Part shown: one piece after another, positions 1 to 9,822 of the stretch
How positions within the stretch are numbered: position 1 is the first letter of the stretch
Layout: every line of letters begins with the position of its first letter
The notes under the pieces: model-generated
The model's input: only the letters and a program-made list of their open reading frames with translations
Told to the model about the DNA's origin: nothing
Databases searched by the model: none
Assembly: GCA_964567725.1 (NCBI GenBank)
Contig: CAZMNU010000001.1
Span: 34,838-98,837, forward strand
DNA: 64,000 nt
DNA from: an uncultured Desulfobulbus sp.
GTDB taxonomy: Bacteria > Desulfobacterota > Desulfobulbia > Desulfobulbales > Desulfobulbaceae
Direction of reading: 5' to 3'
Made by a program: the position numbers and the translations under genes

Positions 1-17
1 CACACAGGAGGCGCATC

Positions 18-371
18 ATGCAGCTCGGCAGACTCGGTCATCTTCTCCTCTCTCTGGGCGCCTTCGCCCTGCTGCTCGGTGCGGCGGGCTGCTCGAAAAC
101 CATGTACGGGGCGGTGAAGTTCGAATCCAACCCGGCCGGCGCCGAGGTGATCAACCTCAGGGACGACGCCAACCTGGGCATCACCCCGGTGGTGGTCACC
201 TGGGAGTCCAGCGACGGCCAGCCGGAGTACGTGACCGTGCAGGTGCGCAAGAACGGCTACCTGGAGGACATCACCTCGTTCTGGGTGAACACCCGGCACG
301 AGTCGCGGGAGGCGGCCCAGACCCAGGCGCAGCCCATCTTTGTTGACCTCAAGCCGCGGAGGCAGCCATGA
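18..371 (+). CDS. PEGA-domain lipoprotein
   Basis: GGAGG RBS; lipobox AAGC; PEGA-like motifs ESNPAGAEV, LGITP, KNGY. Confidence 0.7.
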   Translation: MQLGRLGHLLLSLGAFALLLGAAGCSKTMYGAVKFESNPAGAEVINLRDDANLGITPVVVTWESSDGQPEYVTVQVRKNGYLEDITSFWVNTRHESREAAQTQAQPIFVDLKPRRQP

Positions 372-757
372 GCCGAGCCTTCAGCCGCACCCGGGCCGGC
401 CTGCTGGCGCTCGGCGGGACAGTGCTGCTTGCCCTCGCCGGCTGCGGCGACAAGACCGCCGCGGTGCGCTTCAAGGTGAACTCGGAACCCGAAGGCGCCT
501 ACGTCCTCTACCAGTTGAGCGGCACCGAAGCGCCCTGCGCCGGCGAATGGATTTACCTCGGCAACACCCCGCTGCAGGGCATCCACCAGTTCACCCGCGA
601 GCAACTGAGGAACAGCGACCGTATCAGTCTCAGGGTGATGCAGCCCGGCTACATGGACCAGAAAAAGGACTGGGGCGGAGAGGCGTTCTATGAGGAGGCT
701 CGGGAGAAGGGGGTGATCTACTGGACACCGGAGATGATTCCGGCCATCGGTCCATGA
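368..757 (+). CDS. PEGA-domain lipoprotein (paralog of upstream gene)
   Basis: ATGA overlap with previous gene; lipobox LAGC; NSEPEGAYV, LGNTP, QPGY motifs. Confidence 0.7.
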   Translation: MSRAFSRTRAGLLALGGTVLLALAGCGDKTAAVRFKVNSEPEGAYVLYQLSGTEAPCAGEWIYLGNTPLQGIHQFTREQLRNSDRISLRVMQPGYMDQKKDWGGEAFYEEAREKGVIYWTPEMIPAIGP

Positions 758-778
758 GGTCGCGGGGGCAGGGCAGCC

Positions 779-1870
779 ATGCGCGTGGGTGAGCGGGCAT
801 ACCGGTCGATCTGGCTGGCCGCGGACGGCTGGGCGGTGGAGATCATCGACCAGACGCGGCTGCCGTTTCACTTCGAGATCGTCCGCCTGGAGAGCGCGGC
901 CGCGGCCATGGACGCCATCCGCCGCATGCTCGTGCGCGGCGCGCCGCTCATCGGCGCCACCGCGGCCTACGGCATCTGTCTCGGCCTGCGCAAGGATGCC
1001 CACGACCGCCACCTGGAGCGGCTGGCGACGGAACTCATCGACTGCCGGCCGACCGCGGTCAACCTGCGCTGGGCGGTGGAGCGGATGCTCGCGCGGCTAG
1101 GGCCGCTGCCCCCGGACCGGCGGCTGGCCGCGGCCTACCGGGAGGCCGCCCTGATCTGCGACGAGGACGTGGCTGTCAACGAGGCCATCGGCACCCACGG
1201 CCTGGGACTCATCGAGGCCCTGCATCGACGGAAAAACAAGGAGCCGGTACGCATCCTCACCCATTGCAACGCCGGCTGGCTGGCCACGGTGGATTGGGGC
1301 ACGGCACTGGCGCCGGTATACAAGGCGGCGGCGGCCGGTATCGAGGTGCACGTTTGGGTGGACGAGACCCGGCCGCGCAACCAGGGCGCGAGCCTCACCG
1401 CCTGGGAACTGGCCGAGATCGGGATATCCCACCAGCTGATCGTGGACAATGCCGGCGGCCACCTCATGCAGCGCGGCCAAGTCGACCTCTGCCTGGTCGG
1501 CACCGACCGGACCACGGCCACGGGCGATGTCTGCAACAAGATCGGCACCTATCTCAAGGCCCTGGCCGCGGCCGACAACGGGGTACCTTTTTACGTGGCC
1601 CTGCCCGGGTCGACCATCGACTGGCAGGTGGACGACGGCCTGGCCGGGATCCCCATCGAGGAGCGGGACGCGGACGAGGTGCTCCGGGTGCAGGGACAGG
1701 ACGCGGACGGCCGGGTGCGGAGCGTGGCCATCGCCCCGGCCGCCACCCCGGCGGTCAACCCGGCCTTTGACGTCACCCCGGCCCGGCTGGTCACCGGCCT
1801 GATCACCGAGCGCGGCGTCTGCCTGGCGAGCCGGGAGGGGCTGCTCGGCCTCTATCCGGAACAGCAGTGA
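779..1870 (+). CDS. mtnA: S-methyl-5-thioribose-1-phosphate isomerase
   Basis: [44 protein letters not shown] motifs. Confidence 0.95.
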   Translation: MRVGERAYRSIWLAADGWAVEIIDQTRLPFHFEIVRLESAAAAMDAIRRMLVRGAPLIGATAAYGICLGLRKDAHDRHLERLATELIDCRPTAVNLRWAVERMLARLGPLPPDRRLAAAYREAALICDEDVAVNEAIGTHGLGLIEALHRRKNKEPVRILTHCNAGWLATVDWGTALAPVYKAAAAGIEVHVWVDETRPRNQGASLTAWELAEIGISHQLIVDNAGGHLMQRGQVDLCLVGTDRTTATGDVCNKIGTYLKALAAADNGVPFYVALPGSTIDWQVDDGLAGIPIEERDADEVLRVQGQDADGRVRSVAIAPAATPAVNPAFDVTPARLVTGLITERGVCLASREGLLGLYPEQQ

Positions 1871-2502
1871 TGAACGACCGGGAGCTGCGCGCCCAACTGC
1901 TGGCCACGGCCCGGGCCATGAACGGCTGCGGCCTCAATCAGGGCACCTCGGGCAATGTCAGCGTGCGCAGCGGCGCCGGCTTTCTGATCACGCCCTCGGC
2001 CCTGGCCTACGACCGCTGCGAAGCGGACGACCTGGTGTGGCTGGACGATGCCGGCAACGCCAGCGGCCGCCGCCGACCCTCCTCCGAGTGGCGCATGCAC
2101 CGCGACCTCTACCGCCACTATCCCGACGCGGGCGCCATCCTGCACGCCCACTCCCCCCACTGCACCGCCCTGGCCTGCCTGGAGCGGGCCATCCCGCCCT
2201 TCCACTACATGGTCGCCGTGGCCGGCGGCGACACCGTCCCCTGTGCGCCCTACGCCACCTTCGGCAGCCAGGCCCTGTCTGACGCGGCGGTCGAGGCCCT
2301 GCGCGACCGGCGCGCCGCCCTGCTCGCCCATCACGGCATGGTCTGTTACGCCGCCGACCTGGACAACCTGCTCGCCCTGGCCATCGAGGTCGAGAGCCTG
2401 GCGCGCCTGTACCTGCTTGCCCTGCCGGTGGCCGAACCGCCGCTGCTGTCGCCGGCACAGATGGCCGAGGTGCAGGCGCGTTTCGCCGACTACCGGCCCT
2501 GA
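1870..2502 (+). CDS. class II aldolase/adducin family (FucA-like; probable DHAP-shunt methylthio/5-deoxy-ribulose-1-P aldolase)
   Basis: GTSGNVS, ITPS, PSSEWRMH, HAHS, LLAHHG; TGATG overlap with mtnA. Confidence 0.85.
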   Translation: MNDRELRAQLLATARAMNGCGLNQGTSGNVSVRSGAGFLITPSALAYDRCEADDLVWLDDAGNASGRRRPSSEWRMHRDLYRHYPDAGAILHAHSPHCTALACLERAIPPFHYMVAVAGGDTVPCAPYATFGSQALSDAAVEALRDRRAALLAHHGMVCYAADLDNLLALAIEVESLARLYLLALPVAEPPLLSPAQMAEVQARFADYRP

Positions 2503-2525
2503 ACGCTCGGGCCTGCGGTCCGCTG

Positions 2526-4697
2526 TCAGCGCAGGTAGAGCAGGGCGCCGATCTGGTAGATGCCCACCGCCAGGAGAAAGGCGAACAGGGTGTTGAACAC
2601 CACCGAAAAGGCCGCCCATTTCCACGATCCCGCCTCCTTGGCGATGCACACCACGGTGACGAAACAGGGGGCGTAGAACATGATGAACACCAGCACCGCC
2701 AGGGCCACCACCGGGTTCCAGTTGGCGTCGCGACGGAGCCGCTCGCTGAGCGAACCGGCCGCCTCGGGATCGACCTCGCCCAGCGAATAGGCGGTGCCCA
2801 GGGTGGAGATGATCACCTCCTTGGCCGCGAACCCGCCGATCAGGGCGATGTTCGTGCGCCAGTCGATGCCCGCGTAGCGGCTGACCGCCTCGCAGGCGGT
2901 ACCGATGCGGCCGGCGATGGAGTGGCGCAGCCCGGCCTCGGCCTCCTCGGCGCCGATCCGCGCCAGTTCCCGTTCCCTTTCCTCCGGGACGGCGGCCAGG
3001 GTCGCCTCGGCCTGCTGGCGCTGCTGCGCAAAGGCGGCTGTCCGCTCCTCCGGCAGCCCGGGGTAGGTCATCATCGCCCAGAGCAGGATGGAGATGCCGA
3101 GGATCACCGTGCCTGCCTTCTTGATGTACTGCCAGGTGCGCTCCCAGGTGTGGATGAGGAGCCCCTTGAGGGTGGGGAAGCGGTACGGCGGCAGCTCCAT
3201 GACGAACGGGGTCGAGGCCCCGCGCAGCACGGTCATGCGCAGGAACTTGGCCGCGCACAGGGCCACGATCCAGGAGAACAGGGTGGCCAGGAACATGTAG
3301 CGGGCCTGGTGGGCGGAGAAGAAGGCGCCGATGAGCAGGGTGAGCACCGGCAGCTTGGCGCCGCAGTTCATGAACGGCACGGTGAGCACGGTGGCCAGCC
3401 GCTCCTTGGGCGAGCGCAGGGTGCGCGTCGCCATCACCCCGGGTACGGCGCAGCCGCCGGCAATGCCGCCGGAGACGATGAACGGCATCACCGAGGAGCC
3501 GTGCAGGCCGAACAGGTGGAAGATGCGGTCCATCATGAAGGCCACCCGGGCCAGATAGCCCGAGTCCTCGAGCACGGCGATGCCGAAGAACATGAACATG
3601 ATGATCGGCACAAAGCCGAGCACCCCGCCCATGCCGTCCACCACCCCGGAGATGAGCATGGACTTGAGCGGTCCGTCGGCCAGCAGGGCGTCGATCCCCT
3701 GGCTGAGCGAGGCGAACAGGAACGACAGCCCGTCCACCGGCACGGTGCTGTAGCTGAAGGTGAAGGTGTACAGGGCGAACAGCACCCCGGCCATGATGAG
3801 CGGCCCGAGCAGCCGGTGGGTGACCACCTTGTCGATCCGGTCCGAGGTGTGCAGCCGGTCCGCGACCCATTTGCGGGTGACCACCCCCTGGCGCATGATC
3901 GACTTGAGGTAGCCGTAGCGGTGGTCGGCGATCACCGCCTCGGGATAGACGCCGAGCGTGTTCTGCAGGTGACGGACCACCTCGTCGCCCCGTTCGGCCA
4001 GCCGTCGGGCCGCCTCCGGGTTGGCGGCGCGCGCCTTCTCGACGATCTGTTCGTCATTTTCGAGGATCTTCACCCCGAGCCATCGTTCCGGGTAGGTGGC
4101 GGTGAGGGGGTGCAGTTCCCGGATGGCCGGCAGCATGTCGGCCAGGGCCTCGTCGATGTCCGACCCGTAACGGAGAAAGAGCGGCTTCGGTCGCTCCGGG
4201 GCGGCCGCCACCGCCAGCACCGCGTCGAGCAGCTTGTCCACACCCGCGCCGGTGCGCGCCACCACCGGCACCACCGGCACGCCGAGCAGCTGGGCAAGCT
4301 GTTCGGTATCGATGGTGAGTCCGCGTTTTTCGGCCACATCCACCATGTTCAGGGCGATGACCAGCGGCACGCCCAACTCCAGGAACTGGCAACCCAGGTA
4401 GAGGTGCCGCTCCAGGTTAGAGGCGTCCACCACATCCACCACCACGTCCGGCTTCTCGTTGACGAGGAAATCGCGGGCCACCAGTTCCTCCACCGAGTAG
4501 GCGGTCAGCGAATAGGTGCCCGGCAGGTCCACCACGCGCAGGCCCTGCTGCCGGTGCAGGCAGCAGCCCTCCTTCTGTTCCACCGTGACCCCGGGGTAGT
4601 TGCCCACGTGCTGACGGGCGCCGGTGAGATAGTTGAACAGGGTGGTCTTGCCGGCGTTGGGGTTGCCGGCGAGGGCAACGGTGATGGAGGCGTTCAT
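2526..4697 (-). CDS. feoB: ferrous iron transport protein B
   Basis: GNPNAGKT, VGNYPGVTVE, DLPG, NMVD G-domain motifs plus polytopic membrane domain with PFMNCGAKLP. Confidence 0.97.
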   Translation of the reverse strand: MNASITVALAGNPNAGKTTLFNYLTGARQHVGNYPGVTVEQKEGCCLHRQQGLRVVDLPGTYSLTAYSVEELVARDFLVNEKPDVVVDVVDASNLERHLYLGCQFLELGVPLVIALNMVDVAEKRGLTIDTEQLAQLLGVPVVPVVARTGAGVDKLLDAVLAVAAAPERPKPLFLRYGSDIDEALADMLPAIRELHPLTATYPERWLGVKILENDEQIVEKARAANPEAARRLAERGDEVVRHLQNTLGVYPEAVIADHRYGYLKSIMRQGVVTRKWVADRLHTSDRIDKVVTHRLLGPLIMAGVLFALYTFTFSYSTVPVDGLSFLFASLSQGIDALLADGPLKSMLISGVVDGMGGVLGFVPIIMFMFFGIAVLEDSGYLARVAFMMDRIFHLFGLHGSSVMPFIVSGGIAGGCAVPGVMATRTLRSPKERLATVLTVPFMNCGAKLPVLTLLIGAFFSAHQARYMFLATLFSWIVALCAAKFLRMTVLRGASTPFVMELPPYRFPTLKGLLIHTWERTWQYIKKAGTVILGISILLWAMMTYPGLPEERTAAFAQQRQQAEATLAAVPEERERELARIGAEEAEAGLRHSIAGRIGTACEAVSRYAGIDWRTNIALIGGFAAKEVIISTLGTAYSLGEVDPEAAGSLSERLRRDANWNPVVALAVLVFIMFYAPCFVTVVCIAKEAGSWKWAAFSVVFNTLFAFLLAVGIYQIGALLYLR

Positions 4698-4870
4698 GGA
4701 AGCGTATTCCTTGCTGGGTTGGTGGGGGGGCGGACCGGGTGCATTGCGGCAGGCGGGAGGGGAGAAGGCCTGGTCGGTGGCGGCTGGGCAGGAACTGGCG
4801 GCGAGTGCAGCCCGGGCAACCGGGTTGCCGTGGCGCAGGAAAAGGCGCGACCCGTGCCGAGCGGTGCCGC

Positions 4871-5062
4871 TTACCTGTGCTTCGACGGCGGCTTGTCAGT
4901 CGGCAGCGTTTTTAGTGGTGAGGAACAGTCGGACAGGGATCCACAGCCCGCGCAGCCCCCGCCGCAGGAAGGGGCGTTTCGGTTCCGCCAGATGGTGCGC
5001 AGGCGCAGGCCGAGAAACACAAGGGCCGCAATGACGGTGAGGATGACGATGAGATTCTGCAC
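4871..5062 (-). CDS. FeoB-associated Cys-rich membrane protein
   Basis: N-terminal TM helix then CGGGCAGCG; GTG start with GGAGA RBS; lies between feoA and feoB. Confidence 0.8.
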   Translation of the reverse strand: MQNLIVILTVIAALVFLGLRLRTIWRNRNAPSCGGGCAGCGSLSDCSSPLKTLPTDKPPSKHR

Positions 5063-5077
5063 GGCCGGTGTCTCCGT

Positions 5078-5413
5078 TCAGAGGGGATCGACAAGGATAT
5101 TGGCTGCGGTCAGGGCGTCGAGACTGATGGTGCCGCCGTTGACCTTGATCATGCACTGACGGCCGCCGCCGCTGCACAGCAGTTCCACCTCGGTGCCGGG
5201 CAGCAGCCCCAGGTTGGCCATCTTGGCGCAGGTGCGGCGGTCGCCGTTGACCGCGCACACCCGCATCCGCCCTCGACAGCAGGTCTCGTGCAGCGGCGTG
5301 CCCCGATGGTGCCGGCACCACCGGTTTCGGCGCGGGCAACTGTCCGCCAGGTCGTTAAGCGGCTGTGCAGGGTTTTCCGAAGGTTCCTTGAGCATGATGG
5401 GATCCACGGTCAT
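5078..5413 (-). CDS. feoA: FeoA family protein with Cys/His-rich N-terminal extension
   Basis: KMANLGLLPGTEVELL FeoA signature; start inferred at ATG 5413. Confidence 0.8.
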   Translation of the reverse strand: MTVDPIMLKEPSENPAQPLNDLADSCPRRNRWCRHHRGTPLHETCCRGRMRVCAVNGDRRTCAKMANLGLLPGTEVELLCSGGGRQCMIKVNGGTISLDALTAANILVDPL

Positions 5414-5502
5414 GGCTACCGTCCTTGCTGTCGGCCGAGGGCCGGGTTGGCTGCGGGTTGCCGTCCGCCGCCGCCGGCAACGGTCTGCACCCGGCGAGAG
5501 CG

Positions 5503-5537
5503 AATTGTTAGGTACACCAAACAATTACCACTGTCAA
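5503..5537 (-). promoter_or_regulatory. putative feo promoter (TTGACA-N17-TACCTA) overlapped by a 24-bp inverted-repeat operator
   Basis: AATTGTTAGGT-AC-ACCAAACAATT at 5503-5526 (11-bp arms, 1 mismatch); TTGACA on minus strand at 5537-5532. Confidence 0.65.
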
Positions 5538-5672
5538 CGACTTTGCCAAGCGTGGCCGAGGGAATTTTCCTGATTTTCGGGAGAAACAGAGATGCGGCAG
5601 GCGGGGCGCAGGAGCCGCCGGGGAAGCCGCCGGGACAGCGGTTGGAGCAAAGGAGGAGGGGGCGGGTCGAGG

Positions 5673-5909
5673 TCAGGGGGCGACCTCGACCTCGATGTAA
5701 TCGGCCTCGTTGTTGCGCAGGGTCAGGGTGCCGTCCATGACCCGCAGGGCGACCGGGTCGTTGAGCGGGGCCCGCTGCTTGATGGTGATCTCGGTGCCGG
5801 GCACCAGGCCCATCTCGCGGATGCGACGGCCCAGTTCGCCGCCGACGCGGACGGCCACGATGGTGCCGGTCTGGTTGATGGCCATGTTGCGCAGGTTGAC
5901 GGTCGGCAT
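5673..5909 (-). CDS. feoA: FeoA family protein
   Basis: RRIREMGLVPGTEITIKQRAPLNDP...LTLRNNEADYIEV canonical FeoA. Confidence 0.92.
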   Translation of the reverse strand: MPTVNLRNMAINQTGTIVAVRVGGELGRRIREMGLVPGTEITIKQRAPLNDPVALRVMDGTLTLRNNEADYIEVEVAP

Positions 5910-5914
5910 GGGGC

Positions 5915-7606
5915 TCACCTGGTTTCGTTCTGTTTGGCCCAGCTGTCGCGCAGGGTGACGATGCGATTGAACACCGGCCGGCCGGGCCGGCTGGCCACCG
6001 GGTCGGCGCAGAAATACCCCTGCCGCTCGAACTGGAACCGGTCCTCGGGCGTGCACCCGGCCAGGCCGGGCTCGAGCATGCAGCCGGCGAGAACGGTGCG
6101 CGAGTCGGGGTTGAGGAACTCCTTGAAGTCGCGGTTCTTGTCCGCATCCGGATATTCGACCGTGAACAGCCGATCGTAGAGCCGCACCTCGGCCTGCAGG
6201 GCGTGGGGCGCGGACACCCAGTGGATGGTGCCCTTGACCTTGCGGCCGTCCGGGGCGGAACCGCCGCGGCTGTCCGGGTCATAGGTACAGCGCAACTCCA
6301 CCACCCGGCCCTGGTCGTCCTTGATCACTTCATGACAGGTGATTAGGTAGGCCCAGCGCAGCCGCACCTCGCGGCCGACGCTCAGGCGGAAGAATTTCTT
6401 GGGCGCGTCCTCCATGAAGTCCGAACGCTCGATGTAGAGTTCGCGGGAAAAGGGCAGGGTGCGCGTGCCCAACTCGGGCCGCTGCGGGTGGTTCTGGGCG
6501 ACCACCTGCTCGACCTGGCCCTCGGGGTAGTTGGTGATCACCACCCGGAGCGGATCAAGCACGCCGAACACGCGCCGGGCCTTTTCGTTGAGGTCCTCGC
6601 GCACCGCGTTCTCGAGCACGCCCATGTCGATCCAGGACTCGCGCTTGCCCACGCCGATGGTGGTGCAGAAGCTGCGGATCGAGGCCGGCGTGTAGCCGCG
6701 CCGGCGCAGCCCGGAGATGGTCAGCATGCGCGGGTCGTCCCAGCCGGAAACGTACCCCTCGGTGACCAACTGGAGCAGCTTGCGTTTGCTGGTCACCGTG
6801 TAGTTGATGTTCAGCCGGGCGAACTCGATCTGCCGGGGGTGATTGGGGGTCTCGAGCGTGTCCAGCACCCAGTCGTACAGGGCCCGGTTGTTCTCGAACT
6901 CGAGCGTGCACAGGCTGTGGGTGATGCCCTCGAGCATGTCCGAGAGGCAGTGGGTGAAGTCGTACATCGGATAGATGCACCAGCGGTCGCCGGTGCGGTG
7001 ATGGGTCGACTTGAGGATGCGGTAGAGCACCGGATCGCGCAGGACGATGTTCGGCGAGGCCATGTCGATCCTGGCCCGCAGCACGCACTCGCCCTCGGCC
7101 ATCGCGCCGCTGCGCATGTGCTCAAACAGCTCCAGGTTCTCCTCCACCGTGCGGCTGCGGTAGGGGCTCTCCCGGCCCGGTTCGGTGAGGGTGCCGCGAA
7201 AGGCGCGCATCTCCTCGCCGCTTAAATGGCAGACATAGGCCTTGCCCCGGCGGATCAGTTCCACGGCAAATTCGTAGAGCTGGTCGAAATAGTCGGAGGC
7301 GTAGTACAGGTGCTCGCCCCAGTCGAAGCCGAGCCAGCGCACGTCCCGCTGGATGGCCTCCACGTAGTCGGTGGACTCCCTGTCCGGGTTGGTGTCGTCG
7401 AAGCGCAGGTGGCAGACCGCGTTGTGCTCCTCGGCCACGCCGAAGTTGAGGCAGATGGACTTGGCGTGGCCGATGTGGAGAAAGCCGTTGGGCTCGGGCG
7501 GAAAGCGGGTGACAATGGTCTGATGCTTGCCGCTGGCCAGGTCCTCGGTGATGATCTGGCGAATGAAGTCGAGCGGTTTGGCGGCGGTGTCTTTTTCGGT
7601 TGTCAT
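5915..7606 (-). CDS. glnS: glutamine--tRNA ligase
   Basis: [43 protein letters not shown]. Confidence 0.97.
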   Translation of the reverse strand: MTTEKDTAAKPLDFIRQIITEDLASGKHQTIVTRFPPEPNGFLHIGHAKSICLNFGVAEEHNAVCHLRFDDTNPDRESTDYVEAIQRDVRWLGFDWGEHLYYASDYFDQLYEFAVELIRRGKAYVCHLSGEEMRAFRGTLTEPGRESPYRSRTVEENLELFEHMRSGAMAEGECVLRARIDMASPNIVLRDPVLYRILKSTHHRTGDRWCIYPMYDFTHCLSDMLEGITHSLCTLEFENNRALYDWVLDTLETPNHPRQIEFARLNINYTVTSKRKLLQLVTEGYVSGWDDPRMLTISGLRRRGYTPASIRSFCTTIGVGKRESWIDMGVLENAVREDLNEKARRVFGVLDPLRVVITNYPEGQVEQVVAQNHPQRPELGTRTLPFSRELYIERSDFMEDAPKKFFRLSVGREVRLRWAYLITCHEVIKDDQGRVVELRCTYDPDSRGGSAPDGRKVKGTIHWVSAPHALQAEVRLYDRLFTVEYPDADKNRDFKEFLNPDSRTVLAGCMLEPGLAGCTPEDRFQFERQGYFCADPVASRPGRPVFNRIVTLRDSWAKQNETR

Positions 7607-7630
7607 GGGCGCGTGGTCCGGTTGCGGGCG

Positions 7631-9118
7631 TCAGGCCGGGAGGAACAGGTGATCGACATGGGCGAGCCGGGCCACCACCTTCTCCCGGCCCAGGGTGGTG
7701 AGCACCTCGAACATCGAGGGCCCGGCCAGCTGGCCGGTGAGCACGGTGCGCATGCCGTTGATGAGCACCCCCGGCTTGACGCCGAGTTGGTCGGCCATCT
7801 CCCGCGAGGCCTGTTCGGTGGTCTCGGTGGTGAACTCGGCCAGGCCGGCGAACCGTTCGGCCAGCTGCGGCAGCCAGTTGGCCAGTTCGGGAAACTTGAG
7901 CACGTTCTTGGCCAGCGGCTTGGGGTCGATGGCGTAGGTGTCGGCAAAGTAGGCCCGGCCGGCGCTGGTGAAGTCCTTGAGGGTGTGGAAACGGTCGCGG
8001 ATGAGCGCCAGGGTGGCCAGGTACCAGTCACGCCGGGTGGTGGCGTAGGCCGGGTCCCAGAGCCCCTCGGCCTCCAGTTCGGCCTGCACCATCCCGCCCA
8101 GTTCGCCGATGTCCATGGTGCGCAGGTAGTGCTCGTTCATGGCGATGAGCTTGGGGTCGGTGAAGAACTTGGCATCGCCCGGCTTGTAGTTGAACACCGA
8201 GTTGACCCGGCTGATGCGGGAGAGGCTGAACACCTCGATCATCTCCTCGCGGCTGAAGTATTCCCGGTCGTTGCCCGGGTTCCAGCCGAGCAGGGAGAGA
8301 AAATTGCACACCGCCCAGGGGATGAAGCCGCGGTCCCGGTAGAACTGCACGGCCACCACCTCACCGTGGCTGCGCTTGGAGATCTTGCGCTTCTGCAGGT
8401 CCATGGTCAGGGGCATGTGGGCGAAGACCGGCAACTGTGCACCCAGGGCCTCGTAGAGCAGCACCTGGCGGGTGGTATTGGTCATGTGGTCCTGGCCGCG
8501 GATCACATGGGTGATGCGGTCGCGGATGTCGTCGACCACGTTGCACAGCAGGTAGAGCGGCTTGCCGTTGGAACGGACAATGACAAAGTCCTCGATGTCG
8601 CTGTAGGCCCGCTCGATCCGGCCCAGCACCTCGTCGTCGTAGAACAGGTTGCCCGGGCGGACCGGCACCTTGAAGCGGATGACCGAGGGCAGTCCCTGCG
8701 CCTCTTTCGCCTGGACCTCCTCGGGAGTCAGGTGGCGGCAGGTGCCGTCGTAGCCCACGTCGTGCTTCTTGGCGGCCATGGCGGCCTCCCGTTTTTGTTC
8801 CAGTTCCTCCCTGGTGCAGAAGCACTTGTAGGCGTGGCCGGAGGCCAAGAGCCGGTTGGCCGCCTCGACGTGGTCAACGGCGAACTCGGTCTGGAAGTAA
8901 GGACCTTCGTCCCAGTCGATGCCGAGCCAGGAGAGGCCGTCGATGATGCCGTCGATGGAGGCCTGGGTGGAACGCTCCTCGTCGGTGTCCTCGATGCGCA
9001 GGATCAGTTTGCCCTGGTGCTTTTTGGCGAACAGCCAGTTGAACAGGGCCGTTCTGGCCCCGCCGATGTGCAGGTAGCCGGTGGGACTGGGGGGGAAACG
9101 AACGCGGACTTCGTGCAT
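7631..9118 (-). CDS. gltX: glutamate--tRNA ligase
   Basis: RFPPSPTGYLHIGG, RIEDTD, THVIRGQDH, KISKR; start at MHEVRVRF with GGAG RBS. Confidence 0.95.
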   Translation of the reverse strand: MHEVRVRFPPSPTGYLHIGGARTALFNWLFAKKHQGKLILRIEDTDEERSTQASIDGIIDGLSWLGIDWDEGPYFQTEFAVDHVEAANRLLASGHAYKCFCTREELEQKREAAMAAKKHDVGYDGTCRHLTPEEVQAKEAQGLPSVIRFKVPVRPGNLFYDDEVLGRIERAYSDIEDFVIVRSNGKPLYLLCNVVDDIRDRITHVIRGQDHMTNTTRQVLLYEALGAQLPVFAHMPLTMDLQKRKISKRSHGEVVAVQFYRDRGFIPWAVCNFLSLLGWNPGNDREYFSREEMIEVFSLSRISRVNSVFNYKPGDAKFFTDPKLIAMNEHYLRTMDIGELGGMVQAELEAEGLWDPAYATTRRDWYLATLALIRDRFHTLKDFTSAGRAYFADTYAIDPKPLAKNVLKFPELANWLPQLAERFAGLAEFTTETTEQASREMADQLGVKPGVLINGMRTVLTGQLAGPSMFEVLTTLGREKVVARLAHVDHLFLPA

Positions 9119-9177
9119 GGACCACTCCTTGAATCTGGCAAAACTCCCTTGTGGCGACAAGGAAAAGAAAAATCGTA

Positions 9178-9206
9178 TATATAACGCCTCCGGTCCCGGT
9201 CTTCAA
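9178..9206 (-). promoter_or_regulatory. putative sigma70 promoter for gltX-glnS
   Basis: TTGAAG-N17-TATATA on minus strand. Confidence 0.5.
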
Positions 9207-9287
9207 GGGCAAGGTGCCCGGGGAGGGCAGATACGGCGTGGCGGCAGTGGATGACCGGCAAGGCTCCGTGCGCTCGCTACTTTCATC

Positions 9288-9316
9288 TTGTGAGCCTGTG
9301 GGAATATCGGTATATT
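9288..9316 (+). promoter_or_regulatory. putative sigma70 promoter for DUF1844-ispE
   Basis: TTGTGA-N17-TATATT. Confidence 0.5.
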
Positions 9317-9489
9317 TTCACCTTCTTTTTTCCGACAGGCACGAATGGCGCGACTTGGGACGATGACGGTCCGGCCGGTCCGCACCGTGTGCGGCGTTGC
9401 GTCGTCGTCTCCTGTCCCGGCCGTTTGCCACGGAACGCGCCCGCCGCAGGCCGAAGGGTGAGCGAACCCAATCACCGGAGAACATCACC

Positions 9490-9804
9490 ATGAACGAGAA
9501 TCCTGCCGCATGCGGCGAGTGTCCGGAAGGTCGCGTCAAGGACGCTGCCGGTCGGTGCGTCATGCCGGAGGTGACCTTCGCCTCCTTCATCCTGTCGCTG
9601 AACACCTCGGCGCTCTACCATATGGGGGAACTGCCTCACCCGGAAACCGGCCGCAAGATCGTTGACCGGGAACTGGCCAAACACACCATCGACACCCTGG
9701 TTCTGCTTGCCGAGAAAACCAGTGGCAACCTTGACCCCAACGAGCATGAACTGCTCGCGCGGATCCTCTACGAACTGAAAATGCGGTTCGTCAAACTGGG
9801 CTGA
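9490..9804 (+). CDS. DUF1844 domain protein
   Basis: FASFILSLNTSALYHMG...AKHTIDTL...EKTSGNL...LYELKMRFV typical of DUF1844; GGAG RBS. Confidence 0.85.
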   Translation: MNENPAACGECPEGRVKDAAGRCVMPEVTFASFILSLNTSALYHMGELPHPETGRKIVDRELAKHTIDTLVLLAEKTSGNLDPNEHELLARILYELKMRFVKLG

Positions 9805-9822
9805 GGCTGCAGCGGTCCGGTT

